From NCBI GenBank assembly GCA_017409005.1, contig JAFQTP010000002.1, forward strand, positions 34,943 through 98,942: DNA of 64,000 bases, written 5' to 3'. Position 1 is the first letter of the stretch. Every line of letters starts with the position of its first letter. The notes beneath the pieces were generated by a model. That model had not been told where the DNA came from. It did not search any database and saw nothing but the letters and a program-made list of their open reading frames with translations. The stretch is from Clostridia bacterium (GTDB taxonomy: Bacteria > Bacillota > Clostridia > Christensenellales > UBA1242). This document shows, in pieces, positions 36,984 to 46,838 of this stretch. A program made the translations under genes and the position numbers.

Positions 36984-38105
36984 TTAAAGTTTTTCTCCGC
37001 AATTAGCACAGAATTTGCCTTTACCAGTGTTTTCGGTGTTGCAATGTTTGCAAACACGAGTAACGTTTTGGTTTTTACCACATTCTGGGCAGAATTTTGC
37101 TTTTGCGTTAATTTCGGCATTACAGAAAATGCAATGTTTTTTAGCTGTGCTAGCAAATTTATGTCCGCATTCTGGGCAGAACTTTGCACTTTGTTTAAGT
37201 TGTGTTCCGCAATCTGGACATTGTTTTTTAGCACTATCAACAACTTCTAGGCTTTTGTTTAAAATGTTGCCCATTGCTGCACCAGCACCTAAACTCATAC
37301 CCATGCCAGCCATGTTGTTGCCGTTTGGATTGTTTGCACTTTCACGCATTGCATGTGCTGCTTGGTATTTAACAAAAGTATCCATTTTATCAGCCATAAC
37401 ACCCATAGAACTACGAGTATCAATTGCTTTTTCAACTTCTTCTGGGAAAGAAATGTTTTCAATAACTAAATTTGTTAGTGTTAAACCAAGTTTGTTAAAT
37501 TCGGCATTAACATTGCCTTGAGCAACTTTGTTAAATTCAAGTAAGTTGCAAGCAAGGTCTAAAGCCGAAATTTTTGATTCAGCAATAGTATCGGAAATGC
37601 TTGCTACTAACATGCTTTTTAAATAACTTGTAATATCTTCGGTTTTAAATGTTGAGTTTGTTCCGAAAAGTTCTTTTAAAAACACTGCTGGGTCGGAAAC
37701 TTTAAATGCATATGTACCATAACTTCTAATTCTAATTGTGCCAAACTCTTTATCACGCATGGTAATTGGGTTGCTTGTGCCCCATTTAATGTTTGTGAAT
37801 TGTTTTGTGTTAATAAAATAAACATCTGAAGTAAATGGTGAATTAAAACCAAATGGTAAACTTAAAAGTTTTGTTAAAAATGGTAGATTAGATGTTGTTA
37901 GTTTATGAATGCCTGGTTCAAAAACATCGGCAAGTTTGCCTTTGTTAACAAAAACTGCAACTTGGCTTTCTCTAACTGTTAGTTTACTTCCCATCATAAT
38001 TTGACGGCCGTCCATAGGATATTTGTAAACTAAAGTGTTTTTGCTATCATCTGTCCACTCTAAACTTTTTAATAATTGACTTTTTGTAAAACTGAATAAT
38101 CCCAT
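36984..38105 (-). CDS. SPFH (band-7/flotillin-like) domain protein, YdjI-like, with three C-terminal zinc ribbons
   Basis: AAGGAG RBS. The N-terminal 270 aa are SPFH/YdjI-like (SQLLKSLEW...VRESQVAVFVNKGK...). Three CxxC-N10-12-CxxC units follow (CPDCG..CPECG, CIFCN..CPECG, CKHCN..CANCG). Confidence 0.7.
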   Translation of the reverse strand: MGLFSFTKSQLLKSLEWTDDSKNTLVYKYPMDGRQIMMGSKLTVRESQVAVFVNKGKLADVFEPGIHKLTTSNLPFLTKLLSLPFGFNSPFTSDVYFINTKQFTNIKWGTSNPITMRDKEFGTIRIRSYGTYAFKVSDPAVFLKELFGTNSTFKTEDITSYLKSMLVASISDTIAESKISALDLACNLLEFNKVAQGNVNAEFNKLGLTLTNLVIENISFPEEVEKAIDTRSSMGVMADKMDTFVKYQAAHAMRESANNPNGNNMAGMGMSLGAGAAMGNILNKSLEVVDSAKKQCPDCGTQLKQSAKFCPECGHKFASTAKKHCIFCNAEINAKAKFCPECGKNQNVTRVCKHCNTENTGKGKFCANCGEKL

Positions 38106-38122
38106 ACTTTAGCTCCTTTACC

Positions 38123-38566
38123 CTATCTTAAAATAACCGAACCAGAAACAGAACAAATTGTGTCGCCTTCAGCTAAAACAATTTCTTGGTTGTGTTTATA
38201 TTCTCTAACATAAATGCCAACTCTAATGTTAAATGAAGAAGTATTTGCATCGGTAGAAATTAAAATATATTTACCTGGTTTAATTTGACCATTTTTGTCA
38301 ACAGTTACAGGGGTGTTTTGATTTAACACAATGTCGCCTTGTAAATGTGTAACATTAACATCGCCAGTTTGTTCTTCTACTGGGTTTGTTTCTGCGGTGT
38401 ATCTAACATCGTCAATAATTTCCAAGTTCTTTTCGGTTTTCTCTTTTTCGATGGCTTCTTCTTGTTTTTTACGTTTTCTGTTTTTAACAATTTTAATTGT
38501 TAGCATTGCAACAAAGCCAACAAGCGCAACGCCAACGGCAATATAGCCATAGTAAATTGGATCCAT
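38123..38566 (-). CDS. Single-pass membrane protein (possibly a YdjH analogue), first gene of the SPFH operon
   Basis: The preferred start is ATG at 38566 (MDPIYYG...), 6 nt after AGGAG. An N-terminal TM and an RKRKKQEE stop-transfer segment precede a domain of about 95 aa that looks beta-rich. The family assignment is uncertain. Confidence 0.5.
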   Translation of the reverse strand: MDPIYYGYIAVGVALVGFVAMLTIKIVKNRKRKKQEEAIEKEKTEKNLEIIDDVRYTAETNPVEEQTGDVNVTHLQGDIVLNQNTPVTVDKNGQIKPGKYILISTDANTSSFNIRVGIYVREYKHNQEIVLAEGDTICSVSGSVILR

Positions 38567-38897
38567 ACACATCTCCTATTTTTAAGTTTGGTTTTTGGTT
38601 AAAATTGCTTAAAAAAACACAAAATTTTGCCAAAACCACATTTTACGCTTTTATTTTAGCACATAATTTTAATAACTTAAAGCAAAAATCACATTGTTTC
38701 GCCATTTTTCTACATAAATTTTTGTTAAATAACAACCATCTAAAAGTTAAAAACGGCACAACTTACCCCTAAGTAATTTATATGCAACAAATGAAACAAA
38801 TTTTAAGTTTTGTTTTTTGTTTATCTTATTTTTTAATATTTGCTATTTTGGTTAATATTATTTTATTGCTTTGTTTAATTTTTAAAAATGTGATATA

Positions 38898-40709
38898 GTG
38901 AGCATGATTAAATTTACGCAAGGGATAAAAATGTCAAACTTTAAAAAAGATATTAAATTTGTGCTAGAAAACACAAAAACCGATTTTTTTTATTTAATGA
39001 TTTTAAACATTTTTAAAATTATTATTGTATTTTGTGATTTTGCATATAACACTATTCAATCGTTAATTATAGACGCCGGCTTAAATTTTCAGCCAGATAA
39101 AGAAATTAGCACAACAAGTTATTTCCAGTTTTTCTTAAACGGAAATTTTGGCGAACGTGGAAGTTTAAAACTTGTTGTTAGCCTATCAATAACATTCTTT
39201 TTAATTTTGGTTGTTATTAATGTTTCAAAATATTTTCAAGGCACACTAAGTGTTTTGTTTAGGTCGAAAAACCGAGTTCAAATTAGAAGCAAAGCCTTTA
39301 GAAAGTTTTGCGACCATAATCAAAACTACAACAGCGGCGAACTGTTTAACCTACTTAAAGACGATATTACTGGCATAGGCGATTTTTATTATGTTTACAT
39401 TCCTGCCATAACCATGGACTTGTTTTACATTGTTATGTCAATAACCACACTTTCAGGCATTAACCCACTTTTGCTTATTGTTCCATTAATTTCGGCACCA
39501 ATACTTTTAGCATTTTGTATTGTTTACATTAAAAAACTATATAACGCCGAACTAACCATTAGAGAACAAAACGCCCAACTAAGGTCGGTTACACAAGAAA
39601 ACCTTGAGGGCATGAAAGCATTAAAGCTTTTTAACACCACAACATTTAGTAAGCAACGTTTTAAAAAGCGCAATGTTGAATACACAACATCGCTTGTTGA
39701 AAAAAACCAACTTTCAAACCACTATAGTTTAATTTTTAACATCATTAAAAAAACAACTTACGTAATTTCGTTAGTTATTGGTGGAATTTTGGCAATTAAC
39801 CACGAAATTAGTATTGGACAATTTTTAGTGTTTACAACCTTTGTTGTTACACTGCTTAACTACATTACAACCATTGTTTCAGATATTGCAAACGCAAAAC
39901 TTTGCATTTTAAAAAATCGCAAACTACAAGCATTTTTAGAAAAACCAAACGACATTATTGAAATTGAGAACCCAGAAATTTTAAATGTTAAAGAAAATCA
40001 CACACTTCAAGTTAACCGCTTAAAACTTTACATAGACGATAAAATTGTTTTAAACAACATAAACTTCGAACTTCCACCAGGCACAACACTTGGCATTGTG
40101 GGCGGAAGTAGTAGCGGAAAAACTGCATTAATTAAAGCATTAATGCGAATTTTGCCTTATAACAACGGCGATGTTAAAATTGACGAAACCGATGTTAAAA
40201 ACCTACAAATTAAAAACTTGCGTGATTTGTTTAGCTACCACATGCAAAACCCAACACTATTTAACATAAGTTTAAAACAAAACTTAACCTATTCCGGTTG
40301 CAACGCCACCGACGAACGCATTGCCGAGGTTTTAAAGAAAACCTACACCGACGAAGTTTTGCTTCAGGTTAATAATGGTTTAAACTATGTTCTAAACGAT
40401 GGCGGAAATAGTTTAGGAACCTACAAACTAAGGCTTTCGCTTTGTCGTGCAATTTTAAAAGATAGCCCATTTTATGTTTTAGACGATTTTGCACATGGTT
40501 ACAGCGACGACGAGAAAAAACACTTGTGCAAAAACATTATTAAACTTTTACCAGATAAAACATTAATTATGCTTTCAAACTCTTACCAAGATGTTAAGGC
40601 TTGCAAATATATCCTTAAACTAAACCAAGGTAAAGTTGAGTTTTTTGGAACATCAACCGAATATGCAAAAACACACAAGGAGGAGCTAGAAAATGGCAAA
40701 GCAGAATAA
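38898..40709 (+). CDS. ABC exporter subunit (permease+ATPase) with a degenerate nucleotide-binding site
   Basis: Walker A GGSSSGKT is intact. The signature is degenerate (GGNSLGTYK instead of LSGGQ) and Walker B reads YVLDDFAHG, lacking the catalytic Glu. The start is uncertain (GTG 38898 or ATG 38931). Confidence 0.75.
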   Translation: MSMIKFTQGIKMSNFKKDIKFVLENTKTDFFYLMILNIFKIIIVFCDFAYNTIQSLIIDAGLNFQPDKEISTTSYFQFFLNGNFGERGSLKLVVSLSITFFLILVVINVSKYFQGTLSVLFRSKNRVQIRSKAFRKFCDHNQNYNSGELFNLLKDDITGIGDFYYVYIPAITMDLFYIVMSITTLSGINPLLLIVPLISAPILLAFCIVYIKKLYNAELTIREQNAQLRSVTQENLEGMKALKLFNTTTFSKQRFKKRNVEYTTSLVEKNQLSNHYSLIFNIIKKTTYVISLVIGGILAINHEISIGQFLVFTTFVVTLLNYITTIVSDIANAKLCILKNRKLQAFLEKPNDIIEIENPEILNVKENHTLQVNRLKLYIDDKIVLNNINFELPPGTTLGIVGGSSSGKTALIKALMRILPYNNGDVKIDETDVKNLQIKNLRDLFSYHMQNPTLFNISLKQNLTYSGCNATDERIAEVLKKTYTDEVLLQVNNGLNYVLNDGGNSLGTYKLRLSLCRAILKDSPFYVLDDFAHGYSDDEKKHLCKNIIKLLPDKTLIMLSNSYQDVKACKYILKLNQGKVEFFGTSTEYAKTHKEELENGKAE

Positions 40710-42525
40710 CACGCTTGCAAAAGAATTAAACAAACAACTTGGCAAAGGCTATGTGTTTAAATTAATGAAATACTTTTTGCCTTACATAAAAATTGTTATT
40801 CTTTGCGTATTTTTTATAATTTTAAGTTTGCTTGTTGGAATTGCTACTCCTAAAATTAATTCGTATTTAACCGACTATGTTATTCCAAACGAAAAAATTA
40901 CCGCATTTATTTGGGTGGTTGTTGGAATTGCGGTTCTGGAATTTTCAAACATTTTTGCCGCTTACTTTAAAAGCCGCTTAATTAATAAGTTTGGCTACGA
41001 AATTATTGGCAAAATTAGAAACGACGTTTACGATAAACTAACCCTACTTTCAATGGATTATTTTAACGAAAACGCAACAGGCAGTTTACTTGCAAAATCT
41101 ACGGCTTATGTAGATAACATTGCATCATTTTACACATCTTATATTTTTACTTTAATTGAACACACCTTAAGGCTTTGCATTGTAATTCCTTTTTTAATTG
41201 CAAGCAATCCACTACTAGCACTGCTAGGCATTGGAATTATAGTTCCTATTGCAATTGGTATTTATTTTATTATTAAAGTTGCAACAAAACGTAGTAATGC
41301 CTATTATGAAGGGCAAAGCCAAGCATATAATGCACTTGTTGAAAACATTGGCGGTGTTGCAACCCTAAATGCTTTTAACAAACAAGAAGAAAACTTAAAC
41401 CGCTATATTGGAAAAGTTAAATCAAATTACAAACAATGGTATGCCCTAAGCCGTGTTAACGATAGTTATCATTTATGGTTCGACACTGTTTACAATGCAG
41501 CCATTGCAGCAATATTTATTTTATCGTTTGTGCTAATTTCACAAAATCAATTTACATTTGCCACCTATGTTGCCTACATAGGTTATCAGGGCCAACTTTG
41601 GACGCCATTTTACTACTTTGTTCAGTTATTTAACAGCTTTGTTAGTTTAACTGGAAATTTACAACAAGTGTTTAACACCTTAGAAGCCGAAGAAAAAATT
41701 GTTGATGCCAACTTTGCAAAAAGCCACACCTTAAAAGGAAACATAACGGTTAAAAACCTTTCGTTTGCATACGAAACCAAAAACGTTTTAAACAATGTTA
41801 GTTTTTATGCAAAGGTGGGTCAAAAATTAACCCTTTGCGGACTTGCAAATTCCGGCAAAAGCACTTTGGTTGAATTAATTGGCAGACTATATCAGTTTAA
41901 AGATGGAAACATATTTTTTGACGAATATAACATTAATTCGTTAAAACTAAAAAGCATTCATAAAAATGTGGGCATTGTTCAGCAAAACACATTTATGTTG
42001 CAAGACACAATTTTAGCAAACATTAAGTTTGGAAACAAAAAAGCCGACTACGAAGAATGTGTTAAAGCCTGCGAATTAATTGGTGCCAACGAATTTATTG
42101 AACACCTTGGCGGATACAATAAAGTGGTTGGTGTTGATGTTAACCTAAGCGATGGCGAAAAACAACTTATTAACTTAGCCAGATTAATTGTTCATAATCC
42201 TAACATTGTAATTTACGACGAAGCACTAAGTTCCTTACCAGAGGTTTTAGAGGCCGAAATTGTTGAAAAATTAAAACAATATTTTGCAAACAAAACAATG
42301 TTAATTGTTACTAACAATAAATTAATTATAGAAAAAAGTGAGTATATTTATTATTTAAAAGATGGCTCAATTAGCGAACACGGAACTTTTGCCGATTTAA
42401 TGGCTAAAGAAGACGGAACCTTTAAAACAGACATGTATAAAGAAACGGTTAAGAAGGAACAAAAAACTAAAAAGGTTAAAGTTAAAAAAGTAAAATCTAA
42501 AAAAACAAAAAAGACTAATGCTTAA
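40693..42525 (+). CDS. ABC exporter subunit (permease+ATPase) with a consensus-like site; partner of the preceding gene
   Basis: Overlaps the upstream gene by 17 nt and has an AAGGAGG RBS. Walker A is LANSGKST, the signature LSDGEKQ, Walker B VIYDEALS. It ends in a Lys-rich tail. Confidence 0.8.
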   Translation: MAKQNNTLAKELNKQLGKGYVFKLMKYFLPYIKIVILCVFFIILSLLVGIATPKINSYLTDYVIPNEKITAFIWVVVGIAVLEFSNIFAAYFKSRLINKFGYEIIGKIRNDVYDKLTLLSMDYFNENATGSLLAKSTAYVDNIASFYTSYIFTLIEHTLRLCIVIPFLIASNPLLALLGIGIIVPIAIGIYFIIKVATKRSNAYYEGQSQAYNALVENIGGVATLNAFNKQEENLNRYIGKVKSNYKQWYALSRVNDSYHLWFDTVYNAAIAAIFILSFVLISQNQFTFATYVAYIGYQGQLWTPFYYFVQLFNSFVSLTGNLQQVFNTLEAEEKIVDANFAKSHTLKGNITVKNLSFAYETKNVLNNVSFYAKVGQKLTLCGLANSGKSTLVELIGRLYQFKDGNIFFDEYNINSLKLKSIHKNVGIVQQNTFMLQDTILANIKFGNKKADYEECVKACELIGANEFIEHLGGYNKVVGVDVNLSDGEKQLINLARLIVHNPNIVIYDEALSSLPEVLEAEIVEKLKQYFANKTMLIVTNNKLIIEKSEYIYYLKDGSISEHGTFADLMAKEDGTFKTDMYKETVKKEQKTKKVKVKKVKSKKTKKTNA

Positions 42526-42542
42526 CGCATAGTCTTTTTTTG
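42505..42542. terminator. Bidirectional terminator hairpin at the convergent gene ends
   Basis: AAGACTAATGC (42511-42521) and GCATAGTCTT (42527-42536) pair with one bulge, followed by T7. The hairpin overlaps both stop codons. Confidence 0.6.
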
Positions 42543-43580
42543 ATTATATAGTTTAATTTGCGATTCAACCACTTCCATATATTTTCCATAGTCGCCACCC
42601 AAAGCCTCTAAAAGGTCGGCTTGTGGTTTACTTTTTTCAAGGTCAAAATCTAATCCTGCACGAGAAAGTGTGTCTACCACTCTTTTTAAAACTTTAACAT
42701 CGCGTTCCATTAAATCGGCAATTTGTGTTGAATTTAAAAACTTTTTATACCAACAACTTGAACAAAACGCAAAAACAAAATTTTCACATAAGTCTTCTTT
42801 TAATTTTTGAGGGTCAAACCCACCCAACACATTAAATATTTTGGGGTTGGTTTCTAACTTTTTAAAAACATCTCTAATGGTGCACTTTTTACCAGTTAAA
42901 ATTTCAAGCCTTTCAATAAAATTAGTTAATGTTTGTCTATATTCTATATCAACAATTTTAAATTCATTATTAGTTACAATAACGTTACCCGGATTTGTAT
43001 CCATAAAAGCAAACCCTATTTCTGACATAAATCTATAATTTTCCAATAGTTTGTCAAATGCACAATCTGGTAATTTTAAAATGGCTTCTTGAGCCCTTTT
43101 GTTATAGTTATAAATAAAGTTTCCCATTAAAACTTTTTCTTCATATGTGTAACCCAACGGACCCGGACCACTATAGTCTGGACCAAAAGCACCTTTTAAA
43201 ATAACATCGGTGCTAGTTACCGATAGTTGGCTTCCTTCTACATTTTCAAAAACCTCAAAATAATGCTTATCGGCGTAAAAAAGCGAATAAAGTTTAGGTG
43301 TTATAACGCCTTTACTTATTAGCCACTCGGAAAACCTACACAAATCGTAATCGGCAAACTTTTCGCGGTGTGGCTTTTTGTATACTTCTTTACTTTTTAA
43401 AATTGCATAACCATTATATACACTGCAAGTTTTGCTTGCTCCTTCAGCAACCGAGGTTACACTTGCATTTTTAACACTCTCTAAAAAGTTTTTAATTTCT
43501 TGTGGATTATTAAACTTACCAATTTCGCCAGAAACATCTTTACCAGAAATTTCTTGAAAATATTTTTGTAAATCTGTCAT
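42522..43580 (-). CDS. Atypical protein-kinase-like (PKL) fold protein
   Basis: FMDTNPGNVIV...FKIVDIEY resembles the kinase catalytic loop (D-x-K-P-x-N) plus a DFG-like metal-binding motif. The preferred start is ATG at 43580 (MTDLQKY). The track ORF has 12 more codons. Confidence 0.5.
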   Translation of the reverse strand: MTDLQKYFQEISGKDVSGEIGKFNNPQEIKNFLESVKNASVTSVAEGASKTCSVYNGYAILKSKEVYKKPHREKFADYDLCRFSEWLISKGVITPKLYSLFYADKHYFEVFENVEGSQLSVTSTDVILKGAFGPDYSGPGPLGYTYEEKVLMGNFIYNYNKRAQEAILKLPDCAFDKLLENYRFMSEIGFAFMDTNPGNVIVTNNEFKIVDIEYRQTLTNFIERLEILTGKKCTIRDVFKKLETNPKIFNVLGGFDPQKLKEDLCENFVFAFCSSCWYKKFLNSTQIADLMERDVKVLKRVVDTLSRAGLDFDLEKSKPQADLLEALGGDYGKYMEVVESQIKLYNQKKTMR

Positions 43581-43671
43581 TAATTTAATTATACTACCCC
43601 GCCATCTAATTTTCAAGGGTCAATTTTTTTATAATATAAACCAACAAACTTTTACTTTTGCCATACAACAA

Positions 43672-43703
43672 CAAAAAAAGACCACAAGCCGTGGTCTTTT
43701 TTA
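43672..43703 (-). terminator. Rho-independent terminator after the P-type ATPase gene
   Basis: GACCAC (43680-43685) and GTGGTC (43691-43696) pair, flanked by A7 and T6. Confidence 0.75.
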
Positions 43704-43716
43704 TTAAATATTTTAT

Positions 43717-46614
43717 TTATGATTTTTTCGAGGAAAACCTTAGTTTGTTTACTAAGTTTACAATGTTTGCATAAAGTGGGTAGCTAAATTGAACTAAACA
43801 CAATACAAACAATGAGTTTTGTAGATTTAGTGGAACATACTCAAAGAAACTCCAAGGAACTACAAGTAACGCAGCGGCACATAAAACAATTACTGCACAA
43901 TATAAGAATGTTCTGTAAATATCAAATGGTTTACATAATTTAAATAAAACAAGTAATCCCGAGAATGTAACAAGTAAACTTGCCATTGTTACAAATTGTC
44001 CGTCAGTTCCAACAATGCGGTCGATGAAGAAGCATGCAATTACGTTAATTGTAAATATTATTGCTCCTGGTAAACTATTACAAATTAAGTTAGATAAGAA
44101 CTTACCTTGAATTGGGTCTTTGTTAGGTTGAAGCGATAAGCAGAACGATGGTATTCCAATAACAAAATATTCTAGTAATAAAATTTGAAGTGTGTTAAAT
44201 GGATATTCGGTTCGCATAATTAAACAGAAAATTGATAGGAACATTGTAAAGAATGTTTTCATAAGGAATAGCGAACTTGATTTTTGAATGTTGTTAATAA
44301 CCCTTCTACCTTCGGCAACAACGCTAGGCATGCTTGCAAAGTTGCTATCAAGTAAAACTAAGTGGCTAACATTTCTGGTTGCTTCACTACCACTTGCCAT
44401 GGCAATTGAGCAATCGGCTTCTTTTAAAGCTAAAATATCGTTAACTCCATCACCAGTCATGGCAACTTTGTGTCCTTTATTTTTTAAAGCTTTAACTAAA
44501 ATCATTTTTTGTTCTGGGCTAACACGGCCAAACACGGTATATGTTTCGGCAGCCTCAATAACTTGCTGCTCGTTTAACCCCTCTAGGCTAATAAATTTTT
44601 CGGCATTTTCAACACCAACACGTTTGCTAACTTCGCTAACAGTAATTGGGTTATCACCGCTAATAATTTTAACTTGAACAGCATTATCTTTAAACCATTG
44701 AAGTGTTGCCGCAGCATCTTCACGAATGTGGTCTTCAATAACAATAATTGCAACAGGTTTACGTTTTGCCGATAATTTATCGCCATCAATTTTACCATCG
44801 CATTTAACAAGTAAAATTACCCTAAACCCTTTTTGAGCATATTGTTTAACAAGTTTATCTACTTCGGCATTTTTTTCTTTATAAACAAACTCTGGTGCAC
44901 CAAAAGCATAGGTTTCGCCATTTCTAAATGTTACAGCACTAAGTTTGCGTGCACTACTAAATGGTAAAACAATATCTTTAGTAAACTCTTTGCTATAACC
45001 AAAGTGTGTTGCAAGTGCACGAGAAGTTTGGTTGTTATCTTCTAGTGCGGTTAACATACTTCCCATAATGTCGCCAACTGTGTGGTTTACATCGGCAAGT
45101 TGAATAACTGAGTTAACTTTCATGGTTCCATCGGTAATGGTTCCGGTTTTATCTAAGCATAAAACATCGGTTCTAGCCAGCATTTCAATGCTATATAGGT
45201 CTTGAACAAGCGTACGTTTAGTTGCAAGTTTAACAACGCCAACAGCCAAAGCAACGCTAGTAAGCAAGAACATTCCTGCCGGAATCATGCCAATAATTGA
45301 CCCTGCGGTTTGTTTAACTGTTGCCGAAATTACGCCAAGTTCGTTATAGTTGTTGTAAAACATTAAAATTGCAAGTGGAATAATAATAATACCAATGCAA
45401 CGAATAATTAAATTTAAACTTCTAAGTAGTTCACTTTTTGCTTTTTTATATTCTTTTGCTTTTGCACTAAGTTTTGCAGTGTAACTAAATTCGCCAACAC
45501 GGTCTACAACAGCAGTGCATTTTCCGCTTGAAATAAAACTACCTGAATATAGCACATCGCCTTTACGTTTTTTAACAGCAACGCTTTCGCCAGTTAACAA
45601 GCTTTCGTTTACTTCAACTTCGCCTTCAATAACATGGCAATCGGCACAAATTTGTTTTCCGGTTATAAAGAAAATAACATCGTCCATAACAACATCGTCA
45701 ACCGAAATATCTTGTTTGTGTCCGTCGCGTACAACTGTTGCTGTTGGGGCACTTACTAAACTAATTTTTTCAATAGTCTTTTTTGCTCTAATTTCTTGAA
45801 TAATACCAATAACAATATTACACAAAATTATTGCTAAAAATAATAAGTTTGTCCAAGCACCAACGGCAATTAATGCACCTGCCACAACAAAGCAAAGCAT
45901 GTTAAAGAAAGTAAAAATGTTCCCAAAGAAAATGCTTTTATAGGTTTTAACATTTTTATTTTCAACTTTGTTTGTTAAATGTTCGTCAATACGTTTTTGA
46001 ACTTGCTCGGCATTTAACCCTTGTTTAGCAGTTACTTCAAAACGTTCAACTTGTTCAATATCAAAACCTTTTCTGCGTCTTTTCTTTTTTTCTTGTTTTT
46101 CTTTTTGTTCTTGTTGCTTTTTTAGTTTTGGGTTAACTTCTTCTGGGCTTAAAATACGAGGTTTTCTAATTTCTTCAATTTTTTCTTCTTGAGCACCAGC
46201 CTCAATATTTTTTGCCGCTTTTACCTTTTTCTTTTTGTCTTTAACCTTTTTCTTGTTTGGTTTATTTGAAGTTAATGCTTTTGTGTTTTCGGTTGCAACT
46301 TCTACACTTACTTCCTCAATAGGCTTAACTGGTTCGGTTACTTCTGTAACTGTTTCCTCAACCTTTTTTTCTTGTGGTTTTTTTGTTGTTTTTTTGGTTG
46401 TAGTTTTCGAACCACTTGCCTTAGAACCAGAACCTTTTTTTGTTGCACCACTCTTTTTAGTTGTGCTTTTTTTAGTGCTAGTTTTTTTGGCACCAGATTT
46501 GGAAGTTGTAGATTTTTTTGTTGTAGATTTTTCTGCTGTTTTTATAGCATTGTTTTCTACTTCGGTTGTAACAGAATTAGCATTATTAACTTTTACTTCT
46601 TCTTTTTCAGCCAT
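43717..46614 (-). CDS. Cation-transporting P-type ATPase (P2-like) with a basic low-complexity N-terminal extension of about 190 aa
   Basis: The motifs DKTGTITDG, TGES, MTGDGVNDILALKEAD and 10 TM segments are present. The N-terminal 190 aa are Lys/Thr/Ser/Glu-rich (TTKKSTTSKSGAKKTSTKKSTTKKSG...). Confidence 0.85.
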   Translation of the reverse strand: MAEKEEVKVNNANSVTTEVENNAIKTAEKSTTKKSTTSKSGAKKTSTKKSTTKKSGATKKGSGSKASGSKTTTKKTTKKPQEKKVEETVTEVTEPVKPIEEVSVEVATENTKALTSNKPNKKKVKDKKKKVKAAKNIEAGAQEEKIEEIRKPRILSPEEVNPKLKKQQEQKEKQEKKKRRRKGFDIEQVERFEVTAKQGLNAEQVQKRIDEHLTNKVENKNVKTYKSIFFGNIFTFFNMLCFVVAGALIAVGAWTNLLFLAIILCNIVIGIIQEIRAKKTIEKISLVSAPTATVVRDGHKQDISVDDVVMDDVIFFITGKQICADCHVIEGEVEVNESLLTGESVAVKKRKGDVLYSGSFISSGKCTAVVDRVGEFSYTAKLSAKAKEYKKAKSELLRSLNLIIRCIGIIIIPLAILMFYNNYNELGVISATVKQTAGSIIGMIPAGMFLLTSVALAVGVVKLATKRTLVQDLYSIEMLARTDVLCLDKTGTITDGTMKVNSVIQLADVNHTVGDIMGSMLTALEDNNQTSRALATHFGYSKEFTKDIVLPFSSARKLSAVTFRNGETYAFGAPEFVYKEKNAEVDKLVKQYAQKGFRVILLVKCDGKIDGDKLSAKRKPVAIIVIEDHIREDAAATLQWFKDNAVQVKIISGDNPITVSEVSKRVGVENAEKFISLEGLNEQQVIEAAETYTVFGRVSPEQKMILVKALKNKGHKVAMTGDGVNDILALKEADCSIAMASGSEATRNVSHLVLLDSNFASMPSVVAEGRRVINNIQKSSSLFLMKTFFTMFLSIFCLIMRTEYPFNTLQILLLEYFVIGIPSFCLSLQPNKDPIQGKFLSNLICNSLPGAIIFTINVIACFFIDRIVGTDGQFVTMASLLVTFSGLLVLFKLCKPFDIYRTFLYCAVIVLCAAALLVVPWSFFEYVPLNLQNSLFVLCLVQFSYPLYANIVNLVNKLRFSSKKS

Positions 46615-46771
46615 TAAATCACCTACTTATGTAAATATTTATATGCTTAAATCGTTAAATTTAGATTTAAACACTTAATTACTTTAGGTATTTTAGCACA
46701 AAAAACAACTTAATTAATAGTATTTAACAAAACTTTATAAAATAAAAATTAAGTTTTTTATAAACTTTAAA

Positions 46772-46800
46772 TTGAAATTAATCTTCTATGCTGTTATAAT
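46772..46800 (+). promoter_or_regulatory. Sigma-A-type promoter for glyQS
   Basis: TTGAAA (46772-46777), a 17-nt spacer, then TATAAT (46795-46800). Confidence 0.55.
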
Positions 46801-46838
46801 TACGATAGACTTTACTTAAAATTAAAGAGGAATTAAAA

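Noticed and set aside
36974-37521. ORFs 36974-37243 (-), 36978-37250 (+) and 37015-37521 (+) overlapping the SPFH gene tail
   Set aside because: These are alternative frames of the zinc-ribbon-encoding repeats. The SPFH frame has the RBS, the conserved domain and the CxxC periodicity.
46235-46678. Plus-strand ORFs 46235-46678 and 46372-46617
   Set aside because: They are antisense to the Lys/Thr-rich N-terminal tail of the P-type ATPase. The Phe-rich translations are the complement of AAA/AAG-rich coding sequence.
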